The notes below the pieces were generated by a model that saw only the letters and a program-made list of their open reading frames with translations, was not told where the DNA came from and ran no database searches. DNA of 62,055 bases, the filler included, from Sphacelaria rigidula (lineage: Eukaryota): assembly GCA_964200075.2 (NCBI GenBank). It is 9 parts of 9 records of this genome, joined end to end, with 100 filler letters (N's around TTAATTAATTAA, not from the genome) between each part and the next. Parts side by side here need not be neighbours in the genome. Positions count along the whole stretch, not along the records: positions 20,722 to 27,527 come from CAXNAA020017988.1; positions 27,628 to 34,433 come from CAXNAA020017989.1; positions 34,534 to 41,339 come from CAXNAA020017990.1; 6 more parts are not named here. One strand, given 5' to 3'. The position numbers and the translations under genes are program-made. Positions within the stretch are counted from its first letter, which is position 1; each line of letters starts with the position of its first letter. Of this stretch, positions 21,882-35,126 are shown piece by piece.

Positions 21882-23826
21882 AGTGCCCGTGCGAACTGCC
21901 CCACCTGTTGCTGTCGTCTATTCAGCATTCCCTTGGACTTGTGTAAATACCGCGGATCTGGAGACACGACGACAGCCACAGTCACTAACCACGCTGTTCG
22001 TCATTCGTCACACCCAGACCTCACGACCTGTGCAGTCCTGTCAAACGTTAAGTGTAGTGTGCGTTTTGTCAAGATGTGGGCAGGCCATTTGCCTACGGTA
22101 GGAAGGAGAAGTGATACAGAGGATAAACGACCGGCGTGATTCCAACGTTGGCGAGCGAATGATAGCTGCCGTGCCGAAGTACAAAGCATTGGATATACTT
22201 CCAGTCTCAAGAGCCTGAGCCAGCAGCTGCGGAGGAGTTACGGAGAAGAGCATTCAATTTACGAGGCTGACGTATCCTACATGACTGACATGTCAAAGGA
22301 GTGGTGCGCCGCAGGTAATGAAGTACAGTAGATCTGGTTTTTGTCGGAAAACAAAACCATGTGTGCTCAAAGGATCACATGAAAATGCAACAGCTCATTT
22401 GGATATCAATCTACCGGAGAGAGCATTCATCGGGAGGTCCGCCTCAGTTTTCGAGAAGCTGAGGGGGTTAAAATGCGAAAGGCGGGGGCCTATGAATATT
22501 TCAGTGCAGCACAGGGTAGAACAGGTTGCGTGTTTTAGATGGGCACCGGGCGGCGCCTATACGTTAAGAAAAACGTTTATTCTGGGAGGGTGAACTCATC
22601 ATCATCATCATCTATATATATGTAAAAGTGATTCAACGGGATGCATGGTTTTTGGATAACATTTACACAATGCAGTTGTGTGCAGAAATTTCTAAATATG
22701 ACGGTACCAACACACCTCTAGTTCGTGTACAGTGACGGGCTAGACACAGTTACCCACTAGTGTAAATAAGCCCTAAGTATTGGGAAAACGGAAAAACGCA
22801 ACAAAACAATGCGACGCAAGCTAGGGTCGCACACTGATTTCTTCACGGCGCAAAGATGAAAAAAGTAACTGAGTTCCTCCTTGCATGAGGATACAGAGCT
22901 CGCGCCTCGTGATTCGATTTGATTATTTTTATTGATTGTCGCATATTAACTGAACCCCCAGAGAACCAGTCGTGTGGTCACATTATAGACGTACCCAAGA
23001 TAAAAAAATACTGAAACACTCGCTGATGAAAAGGAAGGAACAGAAAAAGTCGAACGTAACGACAGCGTAGACTCAGACGTGAAGCAAAAAAAATGAAATG
23101 AGAAGTCAAGAAAGGCAAAGCACAGAAATACAAGGCCGGTCCGAAACGAAGTAAAAGAAAACAAAAAGAGAGAAAAAACAAGGTGAAAGATCACGGGATT
23201 CAAGGCAGCAGAGTAGATACAGGCACATGAATGATTCTTAAACCATGTCTTAGCGTGATGAACAACTTCGATAAGAAAGCATCGTCGGGTGTGACTGGTC
23301 GCGCATTCATGAATTTTCTGGATGTGCGTCATATTTTCCCACGCTACGTTCCCCTACGAGCAGTTACGTCCCGCAGTGGTAAAAGCCAACATGAGTTTGT
23401 GTACTGCCCAGTTGGAGTGTGTGCGAAACATACCTTGAGTAGAAATTCCCCTCTTTCTCGTATGCAGCTATTAGTGATAAAATAATCCTGCACCCTGATG
23501 TGCGGATGTCAAGACCGAAAGGCGTGTACACGTTGAACAAATCTGAAATCTTGCGTGATGTACAATGTTTGCAACATTCACTTGCTATACGAGTAGGATG
23601 TTCCAGTGACAGCTGGCATCACTATATCAGGGTGCGGGGTTACAGTATGAGGCTTCCAATTGCTATATGAAAAACGACTGGAGAATCGACAAATGTTATT
23701 TTTTGCTGCAATGGTATTTGTTTTTGCCGAAGCCCCAAAAGGACTACTTCGAAAGTCATTGCCATGTTCGAAAGATAAGATTCGCGTCTGATTTTTCTTG
23801 GGGGCGGAGGGGAACGGGGGGGGGGG

Positions 23827-23840
23827 CGTACTCATTTGTT
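23827..23840 (-). mobile_element. Heavily truncated copy of the G-run-anchored element
   Basis: G-run + CGTACTCATTTGTT(G), flanked by the exact direct repeat GGAGGGGAACGGGGGG (23806-23821 and 23841-23856). Confidence 0.75.
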
Positions 23841-23897
23841 GGAGGGGAACGGGGGGTTTGCGCGACCAACCACACGCCAATCATCATGATTATTATT

Positions 23898-23899
<2 letters not shown>

Positions 23900-23933
<34 letters not shown>

Positions 23934-23967
23934 GCTGTTTTCTTCACATTTAAACCGTTCCGATATC
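23900..23967 (-). mobile_element. Non-LTR retroposon 3' end with long (CAA)n tail
   Basis: (GTT)n followed by TCTTCACATTTAAACCGTTCCGATATC; reverse complement matches 8285-8325. Confidence 0.55.
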
Positions 23968-25953
23968 CGTAGAGTACCCTGTACTGGAAATCTGATGCGG
24001 AGGCATTTCTTGATTGGTGATAACGCAAAGTAGGGTATGAGAAAATCAAGAAAGTGAAATCGGACACGGAAAAACTCACACAGATGCGAAACCGAAAGAA
24101 CAAACAAACGAAGAGAACGATATTTTTAATGTCATGAGTGCAATTTCTAAATCTGATTATTTTGTCCTGATCAGACATGGCCCTGCCCCCTTGAACGCCC
24201 CGGCCATTAGATGGGCACTCAAAGGAGATCCTCTTCCGGGAGAGATCAATGCAGTTGGCGGCAGTTCTAAGACGTCTTCGTGAGCGAACTCCTGTCCCCG
24301 ACTCAATATGTTTTTTTTTCAATTCCAACGTGGTATTTCAATGAGCCACTCAAGCATTGGAACGGTTGAAGTCCACACGCACACGCACATCATGGACGAC
24401 AAATATCGACTGCGAGACATGCTATGTAATATCAGAAAGCATACGGACGGCGAAATGATGGAGGGAAGCGTCATCAACGGACTCAACAGCACACTCCCGC
24501 GACGTCTTGCTCGGAAAAAGGTGACCACACGCTCGCCCCGAGTGGACCCGATTCCCCACGACGATATTTTGATTACCACAACGAGCAATCTTGCGCGATT
24601 TGTCGCACCGTGCTCCCCATGACCTGATCTTCGGTGTGTGAAATGCACATGTTGGATATCCATCAACACGCCTGTACAATACATGACTGTGTTGAGAATA
24701 GTATATTTTTAGCGTTTGTATCACCGCTGAGGGATAGAGGCAAACCGTTTTGCTCTCACATATTGAATATAATGCCGCCCTAGAGGCACCCGCACCTTTG
24801 GCATTTGGCGCATCATCGCCGGAGAGTAAGTAAGCTCCATCTGAGATTTCTGAGGCTCCAAAAGTTCAGTCAAATACAAAACGTCGTATGGCAAAGCCTC
24901 GAAGAACAGACTGTGGGGCATATTCGCAGTGGTCGCGGAGAATGGGCTCGGGCGTCGAACATGTCGCAGGATCGATGAAAGCAATAACTGTTTTGGTGGA
25001 GAGCAAATATGTGCACAAGAACGGCGGTTGACACGCATGTGGGTGCCGTGCGCCATAGATTTGTACGCACGACCAGCAACGCTTTCCTGCCCAGGACAAC
25101 ATTAAAAGGGTACACGTGAGTGGTCGGTAGCAACAACGTTTTGAGCTGAACAGCCGAACGTTGTGGCGTGTCGTTAAATAACGGGTGTACATTTTGCATG
25201 TGCGATTGGTGTGGGTACTGTGGGATGGCAATTGAATGCCTGAGGTATGCGGGACCCCCCCCTCCCCCGTTCTCAGACAGCCAACTAATGGGGAGGAGCA
25301 TGGGTTGACACACATACACGAGCAACGCGCATGAAACTCCAGCTGTGCGATTGTCGCCTTGATCAATCCCTGTGGCTTGATTCAAATACGAGACAGGGGA
25401 ATCTACCACCCCAATACCACTAAGGCTGACAGTATTCACAACTGGATAATACACAGAAGGCCAAAAGGGTGCACCCGCCTCGCCCACTCATGGCAAAATG
25501 CTGCTGCAAGCCTATAACTCTATGATAACTCATGCGACCGCTCAAGCCCTTTGAGCGTGCATGTACTACGCCCGTCGAGAACATTCGTTAGTCCGAAAAC
25601 TCACGGCTCTGTCCAAGGTATTACTTGGTATTAGTGGCACTGATTTGATGAGCCAAGTCATGGATCTGAGCAGAAGTTCTGGCTTCGAGGTTTGGAGTTT
25701 GCAGCCCCATTCGCAATCGAATACTTAGAGTTGTACCCAAAAATTTGATATGGACAATAAATACGGGATAAATGAGAATATATATACATGGACCCAAAGA
25801 TATATGTTTAGAAGTATATTTGCGTGATTTTACAGCATCTTACTGAAACCTGAAAACTGATTATTGTCTTTTAACTAGTGAAAGAAAAAAACTATTTGGG
25901 TCCATGTACCTTTCATTATTACACCCTAGTGATTGTCCATACCGATTCGTAGG

Positions 25954-26207
25954 GAGCGATGCTACGGTTGGGGTGGCACGTTTTTTTATTGAAAATGTTT
26001 TTCGAGATGTTGGACGGGTCATTTTTAGAATCGGCATCGTTTTTACTTGAAAAAGACTGAAAATGATGCCGATTCACGAAAAGGTCCCTGCGTGCATCTC
26101 CATGTCTGGTCCCCGGAATTTTGGGTTGCACAGTAAGCCCCATATATTTGCGCTCCTGAAAAAAAGAGATCCAGAAAAAAAATGCAACCCCTATCGTAGC
26201 ATTGCTC
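25954..26207. mobile_element. ~254-bp Sola2-like MITE, copy 2
   Basis: GAGCGATGCTACGG...CGTAGCATTGCTC; TSD TAGG/TATG; colinear with 4248-4496. Confidence 0.85.
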
Positions 26208-27483
26208 TATGGTCCAACTCTAAGCATTGAATTGCGACTGGGCCCTTTAAAAACCGGGCCGGTACAAATTCGGAATAGTATTTTGCAGGCCACGTACCGG
26301 CCCAGGTTTAGTAGTTGTGTATTGAAAAATTGTGTAGAACCTCGCTAGGCCATGGCGAACGAAAAAAAGTGGGAAGGGTTGATTTTTGCTATTTGTTTTC
26401 ACGCATTTAGACGTTTTGGAATAGTAGAGACCATATTTTCACGAGAATTCCCATACTCCCCTCCCCCCCCCCAAAACAAAATGACGGCCGATTTTTTTGT
26501 TCGGCGTGCTTTTGCGATTCTCCATGATAAGTTTCAAGCTACAAGTCTTATTATTGAGCTGAAGAACTGAAATGAGGTCCGAAAGCATTGTCCATTTCCC
26601 CTTCAAACTCCCCTTGAAAACGAAAAAATGAGTAATTAAGTTGATTAGTTTTTCTTCATTATGCACCAGCGGTTCTCCTTACGAAATTCTAAAGCACAAC
26701 TCCGAACACCTGAGACGCGATTATCAGATGTAGTGCATTTAGTGCCTCTGCTCGCAATATACTGATTTTAGTATAGAACCTTAGGTGCGCCATATATCGA
26801 GATAGATAACGAATTAGGCGAAGGTGAGGGTATCGATCGTCTCACCGTGGTCCAGGGCATGTCCGCACCAAAAATCGCCAGCATCAGCTAAATACATCGT
26901 TCGGGGTTTCATATGGGCTTGAGTATGGACGCTATCTCCATACGATATGTAAGAATTACAATTTTAGACATGGGGTTTAATCAACGAGAAACAAATGACC
27001 CAAACGTTTGAGAAGAATGACACCTTGCTCTTGATCAGACGTTTTAATACGAAATGCGGATAACGGTCCAACTCGTTTGTGTCGCCGCGATATTGCTTCG
27101 AGAGCTTAAAATTCGCGTCTAGGCCGGTCCAGCTCGGATGAGGCATTGCACTCACGATCATCCTGGTCAGTACATCCACCACATATCGTGCATACAAATA
27201 CTTACAACAGTAGCCATTTTTCGGCGTGGTTCCCGAACATTCATGTAAGCAACCAATGTTACCTTGCCACTCTGTCATACACGCGGTGATGATGCAATAC
27301 AATGAACCACCATCCTACAACCACAGAGCATACCGAATTGTCACGATGGATCAAGGCGCCAAAACAAGCTGTCGAGTCGTTAAACTCGTCCGCAAGTCCA
27401 GGAAATTTCAAGAAAAAAGAGGCGTTCGTCCAAGATATGTTTTTCGGCCCACCAGTTTGGGGGAGGGGGGATGGGGGGGGGGG

Positions 27484-27527
27484 TGTACTCATGATCATGC
27501 ATGCCATAGTCACAAGACCATTGCCCT
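27484..27527 (-). mobile_element. G-run-anchored element, subfamily 2, cut by the contig end
   Basis: G-run + TGTACTCATGATCATGCATGCCATAGTCACAAGACCATTG. Confidence 0.75.
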
Positions 27528-28690
27528 NNNNNNNNNNNNNNNNNNNNNNNNNNNNNNNNNNNNNNNNNNNNTTAATTAATTAANNNNNNNNNNNNNNNNN
27601 NNNNNNNNNNNNNNNNNNNNNNNNNNNATCTCCTAGTATAGATATCGTCTTCTCCCTACTGTCTAGTGCATCAAACGATTGCATACCACCTTTGTTCACG
27701 TCCCGGATTTCCTCCTCTAGCACGTCCCGTTCCGTCCCGTTCGGGTAAGGGGGGGGAGGGTTTATAGGTGTGCGGGTTTATTTTTTCTCGTGCACCCCCG
27801 ACATCTCTTCATATTGTGAGACAGTCGCGTACATATCAGGACGCAAACGGCGGTAAAAGGCGAGGGAAAAGAGGACCACGGGGTCACAGTGTCTTCATCA
27901 CCCCCCATGCAGCGCTGTTCCCACCTCCAGCTTATAGCCGAAAGTCTGTGAAGCAGCCGTCATGATCCTTTCGGTCGTGTCTCCCGGACCCCGAACCAGC
28001 AATCCTCCCGGCGTAGTGTCTGTGGTCAGCGCGGATGGGAGCAGTGTCGGCCCCACGTACACCTCGCCGCTGATATCATACTGCCGGCAAAGGCGACACA
28101 TGAGCACATGCGAGGTCGGGGTCATTAGTGTAAGCTACATCTGGCACATCATATATAAGTCGCGAGTGATCAAATCCGATCCGGTACCTGTACATCGGCC
28201 AAAGGCGCGGACGAAGGATCGCAATACCTCGAGCACGTATTTGGTTTTTCGGGGGCTTACCTGTAACATCCCCGACAGAAGAGCCTTTTGGAAGGCCCTT
28301 TCCATACGGTCCCCAACCTCGGTCGCGAGAACGCAGTTGTGGAGGAAGAGCTTCGTGGGACGGTCAAGCTCGAGAGCGACCTCCAGTAGCTGCATGCTCT
28401 CCACCCCGATCCCCATCACGACATATCCTGCCAGGGGGAACCTGTCCGACGACAGTACGATGATCCCGACGTCATGACAGATCCACCACAATCGATCACT
28501 TTAGGAGCATTCTGAACAGGATGATTCCCGCTCGAAACTTGGCTGAGACCTGTCCCAACATGTATTACCACGCAAGGCACGTGCAGCGGGGGGGGAGGGG
28601 GGGGCTCTCACGGACAGATGCTGTGTGTACGTTACGGGGTTGACGGCAATGCATTACTTCATTGTGTTTTTAAATATTGTAATAATGTTC

Positions 28691-28895
28691 CAAGGGCAGG
28701 TCGAGCAGAGTATACTCAAATGCGGGGTATTTTGAAAGACGTACTTGGGGTACTCAAGTTGGGGTAGAGTGTGGGAAGTCGTACCCAAAAAATAGCTGAG
28801 GGGCGATTCCTGAAACCCTACATCCAATTTGTGTACTCGAAGTACGAATTTCAAAATACCCCGCAATTGAGTATACTCTACTCGACCTACCCTTG
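28691..28895. mobile_element. 205-bp MITE with CAAGGG termini and 8-bp TSD (P-superfamily-like)
   Basis: ~47-bp TIR CAAGGG(C/T)AGGTCGAG(C/T)AGAGTATACTCAA(A/T)TGCGGGGTATTTTGAAA; TSD TAATGTTC/TAAAGTTC. Confidence 0.8.
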
Positions 28896-28903
28896 TAAAG
28901 TTC

Positions 28904-29101
28904 AGTCGTGGCGAGAAAGCGAGGAACTATGTAATCGATTATACGAACGCTCCGGGATTGTAACTGTACATTTGCCTGGATACAACGGAAATGGATATTC
29001 AAATTGGATCATGACATACAGGGGAAGTACGAATAAGAGACTAGTTCTGTTATTTGAGATATACCCGATGTAGTGCTTGCCGTTCATATTTACCGGGGGC
29101 A
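28904..29101. repeat. ~190-bp direct repeat, partner at ~34195-34380
   Basis: Shared TAATCGATTATAC..ACGCTCC.GGATTGTAACTGTACAT.TGCCTGGATACAACGGA.ATGGATATT...GTACGAATAAGAGACTAGTTCTGTTATTTGAG. Confidence 0.85.
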
Positions 29102-29546
29102 CACGACTTCTCGCGTGGCGAAAAGATGGGATTATGACGCCTGATTTTGTACGAACGATTTCCCGCCCCACTTCATTGAGTGTACGTTCAGCATGTTTTG
29201 CGGTGTGTGTGAGTGCACACATGGGGTTTTCACATCTTACATGGAGAGTATAATATACATTTTTCTACTGGGTAATGAATACATCAACGGAGATCCCACG
29301 ACCCCTTTCCAACATGGACCCTTGCGCCGAGTAGGAGATACCAGCCTTAACGCTAGCGGCCAGGCTACGCTTTGCGCAGGCGACCTCAGGGATTCTTAAA
29401 ACGTCAAACTTGATATAAAATATCTCTATTCAAAGGGAGAGTTAAAACGGGTTTTCCAACAACGAGGCATCAAATCGCGCATACGCCGCACACTAGAAGG
29501 AGGAAGACAACATCAACGGACAGCATCGCAGCATCACAAGAGCTAC

Positions 29547-29868
29547 CTGGAGCAGTACGGTACCGAAGCTCGGCAGCGGAAACACCACCCGACACGCGCG
29601 TCACCAACTCTAGCATCCAAACGCCAGTGAGCAGCTACATCCAGGACAACAAAGTCTCATCATAGCTTCCCAGCTGTAATCTCAGATGGGCGGAGGAGCC
29701 ATGAAGGCATGTATTCATCTTCTATTTTGTATTTTGAGCTGACTGGAGTAGTACGGTACCGAAGATCGGCAGCGGTAATGTCCCCCGGCACGCGCGTCAT
29801 CAACTCTAGCATCCAAACGCCTATGAACAAGCCACGTCCAGGACAACAACGTCATCAGCTTCCCAGCT
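29547..29868. repeat. Local ~130-bp duplication
   Basis: CTGGAG.AGTACGGTACCGAAG.TCGGCAGCGG...CAACTCTAGCATCCAAACGCC...AGCTTCCCAGCT occurs twice. Confidence 0.8.
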
Positions 29869-30944
29869 TCTACCTTAAGACGAGCCACAGTGCTCAAAAG
29901 GCACGTTTTCCTTTTTATTTTTTTCCTTCGATTGAACATTAAATCTTGATAGAACCACCAGGGTCGAAGAGTAGGATGACTTCAAGAATGTTTTGTTATC
30001 GGCAAGTAGTCATTCTGTTCTAGTTTCCGAGTTGGTTTGCGTATTTGTTTGCTTTCAAGAGTGTCATATGTCCTTGTTCTTCTGTTGAACTGGGGGTGAT
30101 ATACAACGCCACACTAAATGGATATCTCGTCACGTGTACCACGTCAAGATTCATTTTGCAGGCTTGTAGTCGGATTGTTTTTGTCGGCATATATTGCCCG
30201 TCCGTTTCATCCCCTGTTTTTCGATCACTGTTATGCCCTGCCCATTTATGCAGTATTTTTCATTCATGTATGCCCCGAGGGTATGGCTGTGATTTCATAT
30301 TTCGTCGTGTAGGGGTGTCATATCCCGTCATCTACGGTAATTGAACTTAAATTTTTGACTCGAGATGACTTCTACGAGAGATGTTGCGTTATACAGACAG
30401 TACAGTAGTCGGTGTCATATTCCCGACATGAACTATTTGGTGAAGCACTCAACATGTTGCCTTGTATGGACAACCACTTGTGTTCTCAACTGTATGGATT
30501 GACAGTCAGGACTTCAACTGACCGTGATGTACAGTTCAGGAGGGCAAGATCACATTGGCTGATGATACTGAGATGCGGTTGTTTTTTGGGTTCCCGGACG
30601 TTGGACGCTGATCAAGCACGTTGAGCACGCCGACTGCAAGCAGAGACGGAATTTCGAAGTGTTGTAATGAGCGATTCCACGTAGCATTTCTCTCATGTTC
30701 AACTGCCTTCTGTATACTGTACTCCAGGCTGATTACTGCTTGCATACCGCGCTGCATTACAGCCTGCTGTGTACTGGCGCATAATCGAAGTATCATGTGC
30801 ACTGCAATGTTGATACATTTACGTTTCTGATGCTGCGGGCCAATGCGGGCCAATGCGGGCCAATGTGGGCCAATGCCATTACTTTTGTTTTTCGTCTCTA
30901 CAGATTGTTTGTTGAGAATGCTCCCCTACCCCCCCGGCGTGTGA

Positions 30945-30977
30945 TCAAATGACTAAGGCAAGCAACAAATGAGTACG
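30945..30977 (+). mobile_element. Truncated G-run-anchored element in poly(C)-tail orientation
   Basis: TCAAATGACTAAGGCAAGCAACAAATGAGTACG + C12, flanked by the direct repeat CCCCCCCGGCGTG(TG)ATCAA. Confidence 0.8.
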
Positions 30978-33900
30978 CCCCCCCCCCCCGGCGTGATCAA
31001 TCTCGGATTCATATGTATACTTTGGGAAGCCTTATGCATATACTGTTTGTAAAGGGAACATTTGAATTGATTTAATTCTGGCGAGCCAACAAAATATAGT
31101 ACTTCTGCGTGTGTGAGTTGTCGTCTCATCCATTCTGAATGCCAGTTTACACCTTTCATTCTATGTGGGCACACTAGCCGGAGTCTGAAAGGAGGATCAA
31201 CATGTGATGGTAAATGACTGAGTGCCTGAATTAAACTAGTTTTTTGGGATTTGCTGATGGTCCCCAGAAACGACCGGCGAGTATGGGAAGATTCTAGTCA
31301 AATGTGTGTCTGTATAAGGCAGGATTTCGATTTTTTTTATTCGTTGACGCAGCTGCTTGAAGCGGGGTACAAGATTGTACCCGATTAGCCGCGTGTACCT
31401 GCTGCTACTACAGCTTTGATTGGCTGAGGGCACGGCGCGTCACGGTGATTTTGTATTATGACAAGGTTGTAAGCGGGGCAGGAGGACGTACTGACATAAT
31501 AGCTTTCCCCAGCTGTTGTACCTCGCCTACCGAGGTCACTCGACACACCGACCGCAGTCTGCAGGCATCTATTGGGTATAAGAAGAGCTTTTTACGATCA
31601 TCAACCACCACTGGTCTCCCTGCCTACAGTGTCGCGAGCCACAGTATTGACGTGAGTCTCTTGTTGTGCTATATGTGTACCCTCATCCACAATTGTTACT
31701 TGTTTTCTGGCCTTGGGCTGTGTGATTCCCAAACAGCCAGTTGATCGAAAGAGAAAAAACCCACAGTTTGATACAACGAGTTGATCGCAGGACGGGCTTG
31801 CCATAATCTCATCCGCCTTGGGGTGTAGCTTGCTCTGCTAACGAATACCCCGGCAAACACAGGATTTGGTTTTTTTCCCTGTATGTTTTTAGTACTCCAC
31901 CTTATGCAAACCGAAAAAAGCGACCGCGGGCTGGGCGACGAGAACGCAACCGCTTGGGGGACTAAGCAGAAGCCAGGGCGCAGGAACCAAGCACGCTTTG
32001 GCATTTAGGTTTTTATCATTTGATTTCTTCGGGAGTTTGGATTTGATTCGGAAAATTTCCGCCTCGTTGTTCACAGCAACCTGACATGCCGACCATGTGA
32101 AACGTCCCGTGATTGCATTTTTTTGTTTGATTGTTCTAGTTTTTGTTCCCTACGCCCTACGAAGTACTACCGTAGTTCGGTTATGAGTCTTTTACTTTAT
32201 CCTTCACATGATTGCAGTGATTTTGAAATTATCGAGGAAGAAAATAATGGGGGGGGATTAGACTATTTGCTACCATGATTCCCTTTTCGGGTAATTAAAA
32301 ATTTGACTATTTGCTACCGTGATTCCCTTTTCGGGAAATTAAGAACATGTGGTGGGTTATACACAGCAGATTATTTTGGTGGAAAAATCATGTGATGGGG
32401 TGATCCACGGCGGAGTATTTTGGACAATTTGATTCGTCGGTTATGGATTTCGAGAGGGAGTTTGATATTTTGCAATCCGCGGTAAAACGTTTTTGACAAA
32501 TTGATTCGCCGGCGCTGGAGTTTGGGTTGGACATTTTCAACTGCTGAAAGAACATGGCGTGGATTCAACCTCGAGTATACTTCTGAGAGTGGAACGGTTT
32601 TTAGTCTTGGATGTCACTAAACAATTGACTACCCACCCGCCGTTCAACATGAGGGACTGACTATGCACCAGGATACTCACGAGAATTGACTCTGGGGTCA
32701 TCGATGTTATGTTTTCATATACTACCTGGAAGCAATACTCCCTGCAAGTCAATATGTAATATTGAATCGGGGGGGGCGTTTTAATACGGAGCAGTTTATG
32801 TCACGTCCTCTCCAGGGTGTGGCGTTTATTCAAGGAGTGATACCCGTCCTGATACATTTTGGGTGATAGTCCTGTTAATGAAGCGTAACTCCTAATTTGA
32901 CTTCTTTGCATGCACGTGGACTTTGGTGTACAGGGATTGATTTTTGTGTGAAAGAGAAAATTTCTAAGTGGGACGATGAATTTGACGATTTCGGGAATTT
33001 ATCGGGCCGGATGACGAGCGAGATTTGCATCAAGATCAGTAATTCGAAATGAAGTGGACTGATCAACCGCTATTTTTAGTGACAATATTTTTAGTGCTTA
33101 CAGAGTTTGGTTCTATGTTCCAAGTTTCTCCCTGATAGAATATTCGCAGTACAAGTCGTTGTGAAATGAAGGAGTACACTGGTACATTCATTTTTTCTGG
33201 GGTATTTTAGGTTTATAAGTGAACGAGGTTCAGAAGAGATGTTTTTTTTTTGTGTTCTGATATCAATGGATCCAAGCCTGCAAGTATTCACTGATGTGGG
33301 TAATATCAACTATTCTAGGCAGTTGATAGATCGTCGACATCAGGGAGGCTAATGATGTTTTGAAAGTGACTCTGTCTTGTTTTTCTAGGACACAGAGTTG
33401 TACAAACAGAAGCAGGTCTTGTGTTCTTATGTTGGGGCAGATAGGAAATCTATTTATTTCTGTATCCGAGCATACCTCTAGTTTTAGTGTTTTGATTTGA
33501 ATTGATTCGATTTGAATTTGAATTCCGTTCTCGAACTCGAGGAGAAGTGGTACACACACTACTACTGAAAATTTTCATTTTGCGGTGTGTATTTTACATA
33601 CTATTTCGAGGAGTTGCTCTTTGTTCAGTGGAATGATACCGCGGTCACTGCACATGTTGACGGTAGACACTTGCCTGATGTAGACCGTGTTGTAAACGGT
33701 ATGTTGAACCAAATTTCACATAGACAACAGCATCTTGCTACCATGAGAATAATGCGTTTTTGACAGATTCGAGTATTTGAAGGTTGAGTGTGTTTCTTGA
33801 ATGCCATCATGGTAACTGAGAAGTATGAAAAGACGTCCACTGTGCATTCATGTGTGATTTTTGGTTGTTCCAAGGAAGATTTGGGAACTGGTAATGATTG

Positions 33901-34377
33901 AGATTGATACACATATATCTATTTGTTTTGTGCTGACTGACGCAAATAATTGTTGAAATGGAGCATGGATACGTTACGAGGAACTGATTATTTTCAGGAT
34001 TTGAGCTTGTGATTGCTAAAGTAGACGAGTTTGCGACGTCTGTGCGTGGCTGGAAAGGTTTTTTCCTGACGGGATCGGGTTTTCTTTTTCAGTTCTAGGT
34101 CGTATAGTGTTGAATTCATGTTTGAAAGAACATAACATATTTTTCCCGTCTTAGAATGAGGCACTATATATTCAGGATAAACTATCAGTCCTAGAGTCGT
34201 AAGCAGGAAGGCTAATCGATTATACTTACGCTCCAGGATTGTAACTGTACATCTGCCTGGATACAACGGATATGGATATTAAGATTAGATCATGACATGC
34301 AGGGACGTACGAATAAGAGACTAGTTCTGTTATTTGAGGTATACCTGATGTAGTGCTTGCTGTACATATCTACCGGG

Positions 34378-34433
34378 GGCTCATCCTACGATAGGGGGGG
34401 GGTATTTGGTTGCACGAAAAACGAGGCTCATAA
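34378..34433. mobile_element. Terminus of a TIR element related to the Sola2-like MITE
   Basis: TCATCCTACGATAGGGGGGGGGTATTTG.TTGCACGAAAAA.GAGGCTCA; reverse-complement match at 41450-41504; resembles the MITE TIR GAGCAATGCTACGATAGGGG. Confidence 0.6.
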
Positions 34434-34620
34434 NNNNNNNNNNNNNNNNNNNNNNNNNNNNNNNNNNNNNNNNNNNNTTAATTAATTAANNNNNNNNNNN
34501 NNNNNNNNNNNNNNNNNNNNNNNNNNNNNNNNNTATCTGTGTCTGTAGTCATTCTGGTGTCCCTGAAATCCCCACAGAATCATCCGCGTGCACCGGGGGG
34601 AACGTCAGGCAGTGGGGGGG

Positions 34621-34685
34621 CGTACTCATTTGTTGCTTGCCTTAGTCATTTGACCATTGACCACGCATCCCTTTCGAGACGGAGC
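34621..34685 (-). mobile_element. Full-length G-run-anchored element
   Basis: Identical to 15580-15644; flanks GCAGTGGGGGGG and GCATGTGGGGGGG. Confidence 0.85.
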
Positions 34686-35126
34686 ATGTGGGGGGGGGGC
34701 AAGAAACCGCCCCCTTTAAAAACCAAATCTGGCTTTGGCTCGCAACCCGCCTTTGATGGAATGATTGTATCGACGCAAAAGCAAAAATCTGCCTCAAAGT
34801 ATGGAATCTGACTTGATATTTTCGAATATTGTGCAGCACTATCAAAGCACGCGCATCGACTCTGTTCACTGGGTGATATCGACTGCGTTGTGACCTTTTG
34901 ATGTCGAGAGGCTAGGTCTCGCTGACGACACAAGAAGTCGAGTACGCGAGTGTGTCCGCGCACGTTATACCTTGCGCGGTGATCCCCTAGGCAGGCTTCA
35001 CGAGTCACCTCTGGGACAACGGCATGCACACGTGTGTAACATCTTTCCTACTGGTGACAAGCGTTGATGTTGCGACTGCAAAAGAAGATACCCCCAAGAA
35101 TACGAACCACCTGAACGGGGAGCGAG

